In this document: piece by piece, positions 17,656 through 25,422 of the stretch
Layout of the letters: each line of letters starts with the position of its first letter
Numbering within the stretch: the stretch's first letter is position 1
NCBI GenBank assembly: GCA_904420205.1
Contig: CAJFUN010000016.1
Coordinates: 12,395-76,394, forward strand
Direction of reading: 5' to 3'
DNA from: Candidatus Parachristensenella avicola
GTDB taxonomy: Bacteria; Bacillota; Clostridia; Christensenellales; UMGS416
Length of the DNA stretch: 64,000 bases
The notes under the pieces: generated by a model
What the model was told of the DNA's origin: nothing
What the model saw: the letters and a program-made list of their open reading frames with translations, nothing else
Databases searched by the model: none
Program-made: the position numbers and the translations under genes

Positions 17656-19407
17656 TTAAGGTTGGATATCCAGATAATACCCCGCTTCATGGTATCGGGG
17701 CAGCGCGTCGGCCAGGCGCACCGTCATGCCCTGCTCCACGGCAGGCAGGCCCAGCTCAGCCAGCTGCTGCTGAAGCGCCCGCCATCCGGCCTCCACCTCG
17801 CCTTCGTCGCGGCTTTCCGTCACCAGCGCCCGGAACCCCTCCCGCCAGCGTTCAGCAATCGTTTCCAGCGCCAGATAATCATCGGTGCCCCAGGTGGGAT
17901 GGGCAAAATGCAGGGCCGCGCATTTATGGCTTTCCATGGCCTTCTTATAGGATAATCCCGCCTCAATCTGCTGCGGCCGCATGGCCAGCAGGGTGGGATT
18001 GGCCACATAACCCTCCGGCGAGCCGTCGAGGATCCCGCCAGCCCAGTCATTCCCCACAAAGCGCCAGTACTGCAGGCCGTCGTTATCATCCACCGTGTTG
18101 AAGATGAGCCCTGCGTCGAATTCATGGGCCGGATCGGTACGGTAGGGGTCTAAATAGGTGATCAGCCCCTCTTCATCCCGGGTAAAATGAAGGCCCTCGA
18201 CGCCCCAATGGGTCAGCTGCGCGCCCTGCCCATCCTTGAGGAACTCCATCAGGTATAGAGCCCGGTCTGGGTGGGCGCAGGCCTGGGTGATAAACAGGGC
18301 GCTGCTGGTATAGGCCATACCCCGGGCGCCGGCGGTAAAGCCCACCGGATCGTAACCCCATCCGGCCCGGTTATCGGCGGCGATCAGACGCACCTGCCCC
18401 TGGTATGTCAGCGGCTGGGTCAGAATCGTCCAGGGCCAGGGATCATCCTCCCGTACCGTGCCCCGGTAGATGCTCCCCTGGTAAGCATACCGCTGCGGCG
18501 CGGCGAAGGCCAGCGTTTGGGGCAGCGTCTGCTCCAGCCAGGTTTCCGGCCCGCCGTAGGGATCCAGGGCCAGCTGCTCCTCGCCCGGCATAGCCACCAG
18601 CCCCTGGCGGTACCAGCGGTTGATCAGCTTGGCATAGTCCAGCCAACCCTCATCGGTAAAGGGTGTGCGCACCGTCCGGCGCTCCGGATCCCAATACAGG
18701 TCGCGATGTACGCCCATCCAGCCAGGGATGGGGCTTTCCGCCGCGTCCAGCAGCACCAGGGGCACGACGCCCTGCTGCCTGCCGGCCTTGTAGAGCAGCG
18801 CCTCCAGCTCCTCCACCGAGGCGGGCAGCGCCTGATCGTCCAGGATAAGGCGGTTCAGGTTCAGCGTCCAGGGCGGCGCCACGGGGATGCGGGGATCGGC
18901 GTAGACTGCCTGGGTATAGCTGCCGTTGCGCAGGGTATAGATATGGCCGTCCGGAGCCTGGTTGTTCAGCTGCTGCAGCTCGTCCACGCCCTCGAAAAAT
19001 TCAGGGCAATAGGTCTCTGCCAGCTCGTCCAGAGGGCGGCAAAGGCTTTCATCCTCCAGGAAAGCGGCCGTCCGGGCGCTGAAGGTGCAGATCAGGTCGG
19101 TGATCTCCCCGGCGGCAATCAGCGCCTCCACATCCACCGCCGTACCATAGCCCTGGTGGCGGATATCCAGCTTCACCCCGGTCAGGTCCATGATCCGCCG
19201 GGATACGGCGTCCTCTCCCCAGGCCGGCGGGTGATAGCCCTCCTGTTTGTCCTCGGTAATCTGGCTGGTCATGGTCAGCGTTACCGGCTCGGTATGCAGC
19301 TGCCATGCCTCTTGGCGCTGCTCCGGCGCCTCTGCGGCAGGCGGCGGCGCGGCGCAGGCAGCCAGCAGCCCGAGCGCGGCCACACCAAGGGATAAAGCGC
19401 GTTTCAT
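17656..19407 (-). CDS. Large extracellular solute-binding lipoprotein (ABC-type family 1 SBP, LplA-like)
   Basis: Lipobox LGVAALGLLAAC after MKRALS. 583 aa. Start trimmed from 19611 to ATG 19407. Confidence 0.75.
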   Translation of the reverse strand: MKRALSLGVAALGLLAACAAPPPAAEAPEQRQEAWQLHTEPVTLTMTSQITEDKQEGYHPPAWGEDAVSRRIMDLTGVKLDIRHQGYGTAVDVEALIAAGEITDLICTFSARTAAFLEDESLCRPLDELAETYCPEFFEGVDELQQLNNQAPDGHIYTLRNGSYTQAVYADPRIPVAPPWTLNLNRLILDDQALPASVEELEALLYKAGRQQGVVPLVLLDAAESPIPGWMGVHRDLYWDPERRTVRTPFTDEGWLDYAKLINRWYRQGLVAMPGEEQLALDPYGGPETWLEQTLPQTLAFAAPQRYAYQGSIYRGTVREDDPWPWTILTQPLTYQGQVRLIAADNRAGWGYDPVGFTAGARGMAYTSSALFITQACAHPDRALYLMEFLKDGQGAQLTHWGVEGLHFTRDEEGLITYLDPYRTDPAHEFDAGLIFNTVDDNDGLQYWRFVGNDWAGGILDGSPEGYVANPTLLAMRPQQIEAGLSYKKAMESHKCAALHFAHPTWGTDDYLALETIAERWREGFRALVTESRDEGEVEAGWRALQQQLAELGLPAVEQGMTVRLADALPRYHEAGYYLDIQP

Positions 19408-19450
19408 GGACGTGTACCTCCCGTATTCAGCGTGTCTTCCCCTATTGATC

Positions 19451-19459
19451 ATTATAGCA
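19451..19459 (-). promoter_or_regulatory. Extended -10 promoter of the SBP-to-dehydrogenase operon
   Basis: The minus strand reads TGcTATAAT about 45 nt upstream of the SBP start, directly after the upstream terminator. Confidence 0.5.
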
Positions 19460-19480
19460 TATTCCTGCCAAATGGCGCTT

Positions 19481-19505
19481 AAAAAAGCCCGCCTAAGCGG
19501 CGGGC
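19481..19505 (-). terminator. Intrinsic terminator of the histidine phosphatase gene
   Basis: The minus strand reads GCCCGCC-gctta-GGCGGGCTTTTTT. Confidence 0.75.
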
Positions 19506-19540
19506 AGAGGCGGGAACGGTCGGGATGCGCGGCCTTCCCG

Positions 19541-20251
19541 TTAAATGTCCAGCGTATTGCAGAACTGCAGGGGCAGGCGGTCGGCATAGAGATGGGAGAT
19601 ATCGGACACACACAGGCAGATGGGCGCGGTCATGCCGTCGGGATGGTTTTGAAAATGCAGGATCGTCACCGAAGAATGGTTCAGGTCAAAGCTGGACCAG
19701 AACAGCACCGGCGGGATGGACAGCAGATGGGAAAGCCAAGTGGTGCCGAAGCCCTGGTGGCAGAACACAGCCACCCGCTCCTCGCTGGGGGCTATGGCGC
19801 GGTAAACCATCCCCTCGCGCCGGTAGCCCAGCGACTCGGTAAATGCGTCGGACGCCTTCTGGATGCGTTCATAGCCGCCCTTGGCGTTGGGCGCCAGGGA
19901 GAAGGGCTCCGCCTCATACCAGCGCTCCCCTAAGGCCAGCAGCTCCGCCGTCTTGTAGCGGGTGCTCTGCACATGGAAGCTCCAGTCCGTCCGTCCCGTT
20001 TCATCGGTGAAGGCCAGGTCATCCCAGGCCGCCTGCTCGCTGGTCCAGGGCAGGATCACCGCCTCCTTGTGCAAAAGCTCGCAGGTGGGCCGGGCCGTTT
20101 GCTGCGCCCGGATCAGGGGCGATGCATAGATGCGGTCCAGCCCGTGAACGGCCAGCCGGCGGGCCAGGGCCTGAGCCTGCAGCTTGCCCTTCTCGGTCAG
20201 CGAGTCGGGCTCGTAGATGGGGTCGCCATGGCGGATGATATAGAGCAGCAT
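19541..20251 (-). CDS. Histidine phosphatase family protein (phosphoglycerate mutase-like)
   Basis: LLYIIRHGDP catalytic RHG motif at the N-terminus. Start trimmed to ATG 20251 behind GGGAGGAA. Confidence 0.8.
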   Translation of the reverse strand: MLLYIIRHGDPIYEPDSLTEKGKLQAQALARRLAVHGLDRIYASPLIRAQQTARPTCELLHKEAVILPWTSEQAAWDDLAFTDETGRTDWSFHVQSTRYKTAELLALGERWYEAEPFSLAPNAKGGYERIQKASDAFTESLGYRREGMVYRAIAPSEERVAVFCHQGFGTTWLSHLLSIPPVLFWSSFDLNHSSVTILHFQNHPDGMTAPICLCVSDISHLYADRLPLQFCNTLDI

Positions 20252-20334
20252 AGTTTTCCTCCCGAATACCGGAATTTTTCTATGGCCCATCATACGCCGT
20301 GAAGGCCCCGCTGTCAAATAAAATGCCGGTAAAA

Positions 20335-20490
20335 TCAATCGATGCGGTACTCGTTTTTCCTGGGCGGCGTCTCCTGCCCCTGGCTGATCTGCTCGGCCTG
20401 GCGCTGAATCGCCCGGAGCATGGAAATGATATCCTCCATTTCCTCCTGCAGAAAGCGATAGGCTTCCTTATACGCCTTTTCTTGCATCAT
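20335..20490 (-). CDS. Small hypothetical protein (51 aa, predicted helical)
   Basis: MMQEKAYKEAYRFLQEEMEDIISMLRAIQRQAEQ.. preceded by AAGGGGGG. No family recognised. Confidence 0.4.
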   Translation of the reverse strand: MMQEKAYKEAYRFLQEEMEDIISMLRAIQRQAEQISQGQETPPRKNEYRID

Positions 20491-20634
20491 TCCGGCCCCC
20501 CTTGCATCGATTTTGCCTTTGGCTAAAGCGCCATGTTCCAGCCTGCAATGATAGCCCAGCATACCGGCGGCTGGAACGCTTTGGGGTATTGGGCATAAAT
20601 CCGCCCCCTGCGTCCGGAGCCTGCCGATATTCCT

Positions 20635-20823
20635 CTAGCCCCCGGGGCGCGGTGCGCCGCCGTCCCCTTCTCCCTGCGCCCTTACGGCTTTCAGCCCCTC
20701 CGTCACCAGGGTGCGGATCATTTCCGACTGTGTCCGGTTATAGAAGATTTGCTTTGCTTCGTCCATCAAATCAGCTCTATCGGATGTTATGGTAAGCGTT
20801 ATCCTTTTATAGCGGTTTGGCAT
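20635..20823 (-). CDS. Ribbon-helix-helix (CopG/Arc/MetJ-type) DNA-binding protein
   Basis: 62 aa. Beta-strand RITLTIT followed by two helices (DRADLMDEAKQIF / QSEMIRTLVTEGL). The ATG at 20823 is 9 nt after AGGAGG. Confidence 0.7.
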   Translation of the reverse strand: MPNRYKRITLTITSDRADLMDEAKQIFYNRTQSEMIRTLVTEGLKAVRAQGEGDGGAPRPGG

Positions 20824-20844
20824 AAGTAACATCCTCCTAATAGA

Positions 20845-20899
20845 GGTTCATAACGTATGAACTTCTCTTATTATAGTTCATACGTTATGAACCTGTCAA
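20845..20899 (-). promoter_or_regulatory. Consensus promoter (TTGACA-18-TATAAT) interleaved with two identical 17-bp palindromic operators
   Basis: GTTCATAacgTATGAAC at 20846-20862 and GTTCATAcgtTATGAAC at 20876-20892. The 19-nt blocks 20845-20863 and 20875-20893 are exact reverse complements. The second operator fills the -35/-10 spacer; the first covers the predicted +1 region. Confidence 0.75.
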
Positions 20900-20931
20900 T
20901 AATTACGATGTACTCCACCTATTACACTAGA

Positions 20932-20965
20932 TTGACAGAAAGTATGAACCGGTGATAATATGAAC
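20932..20965 (+). promoter_or_regulatory. Promoter of the second RHH gene carrying two TATGAAC half-sites
   Basis: TTGACA (20932-37)-16 nt-GATAAT. TATGAAC occurs at 20943-49 (in the spacer) and at 20959-65 (over -10/+1). Confidence 0.6.
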
Positions 20966-20984
20966 CTCATGGAGGTGCTCCGCT

Positions 20985-21176
20985 ATGCCAACTGAAAAAC
21001 CGCGCTATACTGTTATCGTGGACGAAGCGCTTCTGAAGGAAATCGACGATTTCCGCTTTGAGAACCGCTTCCCCAGCCGTTCTGCCGCCACGCTGGAGCT
21101 GATCCGGCTGGGTATGGAATCCATCAAGAAGAAGCAGGCCGATGCGAAAAAGGCGCCGCCCAGCGCTAAGGATTAG
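20985..21176 (+). CDS. Ribbon-helix-helix (CopG-type) DNA-binding protein
   Basis: 63 aa. Beta-strand RYTVIVD followed by helices (EALLKEIDDFRFEN / RSAATLELIRLGMESI). GGAGG lies 9 nt upstream. Confidence 0.7.
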   Translation: MPTEKPRYTVIVDEALLKEIDDFRFENRFPSRSAATLELIRLGMESIKKKQADAKKAPPSAKD

Positions 21177-21329
21177 GCCTTCGGCGATCTTCCGTCCTGT
21201 CGCTCCATCCCCGCTCTGCCCCGGCAGGGCTTTTTCTTTTTCCCTTGTCCCTGCAGCCGGCTCCTTCATTGACGAAGTCCCCCCCTTCGCGGTAGGATAA
21301 GGGAAGGGACAAAAGAGGAGGGATCATTC

Positions 21330-22205
21330 ATGAAGCTGGTCATTCGGGCCGACGATGTGGGCTACAGCGCGGTGAACGATATCGGGGCCTTTGAGGCGCT
21401 GGAACAAGGGGTGGCTACGGCCGCCGATGTGATGCTGGACGCGCCCCATGCGCCCCAGGCGCTGGAGCGGCTGCGGCAGATGCCCTGGATCTCCGTGGGT
21501 TGGCATCCGCACTTTTGGTGTTCGCCGGTGCTGCCTGCCGCAGAGGTCCCCAGCTTGGTGCAAGCCAACGGGCGCTTTCGCCAGGATCTGCATGAGGCGC
21601 AAGACGTCAGCATGGACGAGCTGATGGCTGAGTGCCGCGCCCAGATCGAGCTGTGCCTGGAGACGCTGGGCCGCGTGCCCGACGTAGGCGCCAGCGGCGG
21701 GGATACGCCCTTTGGCCGGGCGCTGGCTGAAACCTGCCGGCAATACGGCATGCCCACCGACTATATGGGGTGGGTCATGGGCGACCGGGTGAAGGAGCCC
21801 GCCCCGCGCTGGGCCGGCCGGAAGATCTGTGTGGTCAACTTTTCCGATGCCTATCAGGCCATGATCAGCGACGATCTCAACGCCCTGGAGCAATACGACC
21901 CGGTTCGGTACTATACCGAAGATCAGGGCGGCTTGCTTTCGCTGCCGGACGATGTGATCGCCGTGCAGTTCTGGCATCCCGGTTATCTCGACTATTTCAA
22001 TTACCGCCAGGGCGATTACGGCCCCATGGCCAAGTACTTCACCCTGGGCCGGATCATCGATGTCCATGCCCTGTGCTCGCCGGAGCTAAAGGCCTGGATC
22101 CGGCAGACGGGCGCGGAGCTGATGAATTTCCGCGATGCGCTGTACGGCACGCGGGATTACCAGAACCACCTTCGGCATATCGGCAGCCCTCTGTATGTGG
22201 GATAG
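21330..22205 (+). CDS. Divergent YdjC/ChbG-family (carbohydrate deacetylase fold) protein
   Basis: N-terminal KLVIRADDVGYS..VN.GI..A...G, GWH, and WHPGYLD near the C-terminus all resemble ChbG. The usual D-S-H-H-H region reads DVGASGGD. Confidence 0.6.
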   Translation: MKLVIRADDVGYSAVNDIGAFEALEQGVATAADVMLDAPHAPQALERLRQMPWISVGWHPHFWCSPVLPAAEVPSLVQANGRFRQDLHEAQDVSMDELMAECRAQIELCLETLGRVPDVGASGGDTPFGRALAETCRQYGMPTDYMGWVMGDRVKEPAPRWAGRKICVVNFSDAYQAMISDDLNALEQYDPVRYYTEDQGGLLSLPDDVIAVQFWHPGYLDYFNYRQGDYGPMAKYFTLGRIIDVHALCSPELKAWIRQTGAELMNFRDALYGTRDYQNHLRHIGSPLYVG

Positions 22206-22262
22206 GCCCGCGATTCGATGCCGCCGGCCGGGATCCCGTAAACCCTAAGGAGACGATTGCGC

Positions 22263-23009
22263 ATGACATTGGAAGCTTTTTTTGCCCAGCATCCCCGGGC
22301 GGCGCTGGGCTTTTCCGGCGGGGTTGATTCCGCCTACCTGCTCTATGCCGCCCGGCAACACGGCTGCCAGGTGGGCGCCTATTTCATCAAAACGCCCTTC
22401 CAGCCGCAGTTCGAGCTGGAAGATGCCCGCCGCCTGGCCGCCGACTTGGGCGTTCGGCTGCAGGTGCTGGCGTTCGACGTGCTGACCCTTGACGAGGTAG
22501 CGGCCAACGGTCCACGGCGCTGCTATTACTGCAAGCGGGCGCTCTTTGGCCTGTTGGCGCGGCATGCCCGGCAGGATGGCTATCCCGTGCTGTTGGACGG
22601 CACCAACGCTTCCGACGACGCGGCCGACCGGCCCGGCATGCAGGCTCTGAAGGAGCTGGAGGTACTCTCCCCCCTGCGCTTGTGCGGGCTGACCAAGGAC
22701 GAGATCCGCCGCCGTTCCCGGGAGGCCGGCCTCTTTACCTGGGACAAGCCTGCCTATGCCTGCCTGGCCACCCGCATTCCCACGGGCACGCCCATTGCCG
22801 CCGGTGATCTGGAGCGGGTGGAGCGGGGCGAAAACGCACTCTTTGCCCTGGGCTTCTCGGATTTCCGTATTCGCCTGTATCACGGCGCGGCCCGTATCCA
22901 GCTGACTGAAACAGACTTCGCCCGGCTGCCGCAGGCACGGGCCCGGGTGGAGGCCGCCCTCCGGCCCGACTTTGAAGAAGTGCTGCTGGATCTGAAAGTC
23001 CGCCCATAG
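22263..23009 (+). CDS. larE: ATP-dependent sacrificial sulfur transferase LarE
   Basis: PP-loop FSGGVDS. Conserved C (YACLA) region. Sits immediately upstream of larB and larC. The ATG at 22263 is 10 nt after AAGGAG. Confidence 0.85.
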   Translation: MTLEAFFAQHPRAALGFSGGVDSAYLLYAARQHGCQVGAYFIKTPFQPQFELEDARRLAADLGVRLQVLAFDVLTLDEVAANGPRRCYYCKRALFGLLARHARQDGYPVLLDGTNASDDAADRPGMQALKELEVLSPLRLCGLTKDEIRRRSREAGLFTWDKPAYACLATRIPTGTPIAAGDLERVERGENALFALGFSDFRIRLYHGAARIQLTETDFARLPQARARVEAALRPDFEEVLLDLKVRP

Positions 23010-23022
23010 AAAGGAGACTGCC

Positions 23023-23775
23023 ATGGACAAACAGAAAGCCCTGGAGCTGCTGGAAGCGGTACGTGCCGGGCGCACCACGCCTGAGGATGCCCTGCTGGCG
23101 CTGAAGCTGGCTCCCTTTGAGGATCTGGGCTATGCTAAAGTCGACCACCACCGCGGGCTGCGCCAGGGCGCAGCCGAGGTGATCTACGGCGCGGGAAAAA
23201 CGCCGGAGCAGATCGCCGGCATCGTGGAGGCGATGATGCGCCGGGGAGAGTCCGCCATCCTCATCACCCGCATGTCCGCTGAAGCGGCCGCCTATCTGGA
23301 ATCCCGGGCCCCGCTGCGCTATGATCCCCTCTCCCGGGTGGGCATTGTGGGCGAAAAGGCCGCGCCCACTGGCACGGGGATCATCGCCGTAGCCACCGGC
23401 GGCACCAGTGACATGCCCGTGGCCGAGGAAGCCGCGCTGACCGCTGAAACGCTGGGTAACCGGGTTGAGCGGCTTTACGATGTGGGCGTAGCCGGGCTGC
23501 ACCGGCTTTTATCCCGGCTGGATGTGCTGATGCAGGCCCGGGTGGTCGTCGCCGTTGCCGGAATGGAGGGCGCGCTGGCCAGCGTCGTCGGCGGCCTGGT
23601 GGATTGCCCGGTCATTGCCGTGCCTACCAGCGTGGGCTATGGCGCCAACTTTCAGGGGCTGAGCGCCCTGCTTTCCATGCTGAATTCCTGCGCCAGCGGC
23701 GTCAGCGTCGTCAATATCGACAATGGCTTTGGCGCGGGCTACCTCGCCAGCATGATCAATCACCTAGGAGGATAG
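23023..23775 (+). CDS. larB: Nickel-pincer cofactor biosynthesis protein LarB (NaAD carboxylase/hydrolase)
   Basis: 250 aa. N-terminal ..[23 protein letters not shown] and an AIR-carboxylase-like C-terminal half. Confidence 0.85.
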   Translation: MDKQKALELLEAVRAGRTTPEDALLALKLAPFEDLGYAKVDHHRGLRQGAAEVIYGAGKTPEQIAGIVEAMMRRGESAILITRMSAEAAAYLESRAPLRYDPLSRVGIVGEKAAPTGTGIIAVATGGTSDMPVAEEAALTAETLGNRVERLYDVGVAGLHRLLSRLDVLMQARVVVAVAGMEGALASVVGGLVDCPVIAVPTSVGYGANFQGLSALLSMLNSCASGVSVVNIDNGFGAGYLASMINHLGG

Positions 23776-23776
23776 G

Positions 23777-25084
23777 ATGAAAACCCTTTATTTGGAATGT
23801 GCCATGGGTGCTTCGGGCGATATGCTCATGGGGGCCCTTTTGGAGCTGATCGACGATGCGGATGGATTCATCCGCCGCATGAATGCCCTTAACCTGCCGG
23901 GGGTGGCCGTAACGCGCACACCTTCGGAAAAGTGTGGGATCCTGGGGACCCATGTAGAGGTTTCAGTGCATGGGCAGCAGGAGCAGAGCCTGGATGTGGA
24001 CGAAGGCCACGGCCATGACCACCATCATGAGCATGACCACAACCATGACCATGATCACGACCACCATCATGACCACAACCATGGCCATAATCACGATCAT
24101 GACCACCATCATGAGCATAGCCATCATCACCATGCGGGGATGGAGGAGATCGCCAGCATCATCGAGCATCTGGATGTATCCGGCCGTGTGAAGAAGGATG
24201 CGCTGGCGGTATACCGGCTCATTGCCGAAGCCGAATCCAAGGCCCATGGACGCCCGGTATCCCAGGTGCACTTCCATGAGGTGGGCGCCTTGGATGCTGT
24301 AGCCGATGTGGTGGGCGTATGCCTGCTGATGGAAACCATCGGGCCCGATGCCGTGGTTGCCTCGCCGATCCATGTGGGCAGCGGGCAGGTGCGCTGCGCC
24401 CACGGCATTCTGCCGGTGCCCGCTCCGGCGACGGCTCATATCCTGCAGGGGGTTCCCGTCTATGGCGGCGCGGTGCGGGGGGAGCTGTGCACGCCCACCG
24501 GCGCGGCGCTCATCAAGCATTTCGCCTCCAGCTTTGGGCCCATGCCGGCCATGACGCTTCAGGCGGTAGGCTATGGCATGGGATCCAAGGACTTCGAGGC
24601 GGCCAACTGCCTGCGCGCTTGCCTAGGCGAGCGGCTGGAGGAAGGCGACCGGGTATGCGAGTTGTCCTGCAACCTGGACGACATAACCGGCGAAGCGCTG
24701 GGCTATGCTCAGGAGCGGCTGTGGGAGGCTGGCGCGCTGGATGTCTATACCACGGCCATCGGAATGAAAAAAGGCCGCCCGGGCGTTATGCTTACCTGCC
24801 TGGCCCGCCCAGAGCAGGCTCAATCGCTGGCAGAGCTCATGCTGCAGCACACCACTACATTGGGTGTACGCCGGCGGGAGCTCACCCGTTATACCCTGGA
24901 GCGCACCGTGGAAACCGTGCAAACCGAATTCGGCCCTATTGGGCTCAAATGTGCACGCCGCAGCGGCCAAATGCAGGCCAAGCCCGAATACGAGGACGTA
25001 GCCCGCGCCGCCCGCGAGCATGGGCGCCCTTTTGAAGAGGTCGCCCGCGCCGCCTTAGCTGCCTTTTTCCACAAAGAGCGCTAA
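23777..25084 (+). CDS. larC: Nickel insertion protein LarC (single uninterrupted ORF)
   Basis: N-terminal MKTLYLEC..GASGDM. A 43-residue His/Asp-rich tract. C-terminal ..GMKKGRPG.. motif. Confidence 0.85.
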   Translation: MKTLYLECAMGASGDMLMGALLELIDDADGFIRRMNALNLPGVAVTRTPSEKCGILGTHVEVSVHGQQEQSLDVDEGHGHDHHHEHDHNHDHDHDHHHDHNHGHNHDHDHHHEHSHHHHAGMEEIASIIEHLDVSGRVKKDALAVYRLIAEAESKAHGRPVSQVHFHEVGALDAVADVVGVCLLMETIGPDAVVASPIHVGSGQVRCAHGILPVPAPATAHILQGVPVYGGAVRGELCTPTGAALIKHFASSFGPMPAMTLQAVGYGMGSKDFEAANCLRACLGERLEEGDRVCELSCNLDDITGEALGYAQERLWEAGALDVYTTAIGMKKGRPGVMLTCLARPEQAQSLAELMLQHTTTLGVRRRELTRYTLERTVETVQTEFGPIGLKCARRSGQMQAKPEYEDVARAAREHGRPFEEVARAALAAFFHKER

Positions 25085-25105
25085 ATATGGCTCTCTTATT
25101 TTCCC

Positions 25106-25132
25106 AAAACGGCTCGTTTCGGGCCGTTTTTC
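25106..25132 (+). terminator. Intrinsic terminator after larC
   Basis: AAAACGGCTCG-ttt-CGGGCCGTTTTT. Confidence 0.7.
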
Positions 25133-25158
25133 TTCTGTCCGCGGCCTTCGTTATACCA

Positions 25159-25187
25159 TTGACAAGCCTATAGCCCCGCTGTACAAT
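25159..25187 (+). promoter_or_regulatory. Near-consensus promoter
   Basis: TTGACA-17 nt-TACAAT. Confidence 0.6.
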
Positions 25188-25268
25188 AGGAATAGATGGA
25201 TCCTGTTTTCCGTCTGCCGCCGCGGCGCGGCCAGCGTACGGTTTGCGGCCGAAAACGACCGCTGAAGA

Positions 25269-25309
25269 CGCATTGCCCCCCAAATGGAAGGGCGGAATGC
25301 GCTTTTTTT
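25269..25309 (+). terminator. Intrinsic terminator or attenuator about 110 nt downstream of the 25159 promoter
   Basis: CGCATTGCCC...GGGCGGAATGCG imperfect stem followed by CTTTTTTT. Lies 113 nt upstream of the kinase start codon. Confidence 0.55.
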
Positions 25310-25422
25310 CTATTCCTGGATGTCGAAATTCCTCATCCACTGTCGAGCCGCCTGCGGATTGTCCCAAACTCTACCGTTTTTTTCCGGTGGATAAAAGATT
25401 TCATGTAGTTAAGGTGATCACC

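Noticed and set aside
13627-19395. Long plus-strand ORFs 13627..14673, 15062..16123, 16157..17530 and 18271..19395
   Set aside because: All lie antisense to motif-supported minus-strand genes of the catabolic operon. They are shadow ORFs caused by GC3 bias.
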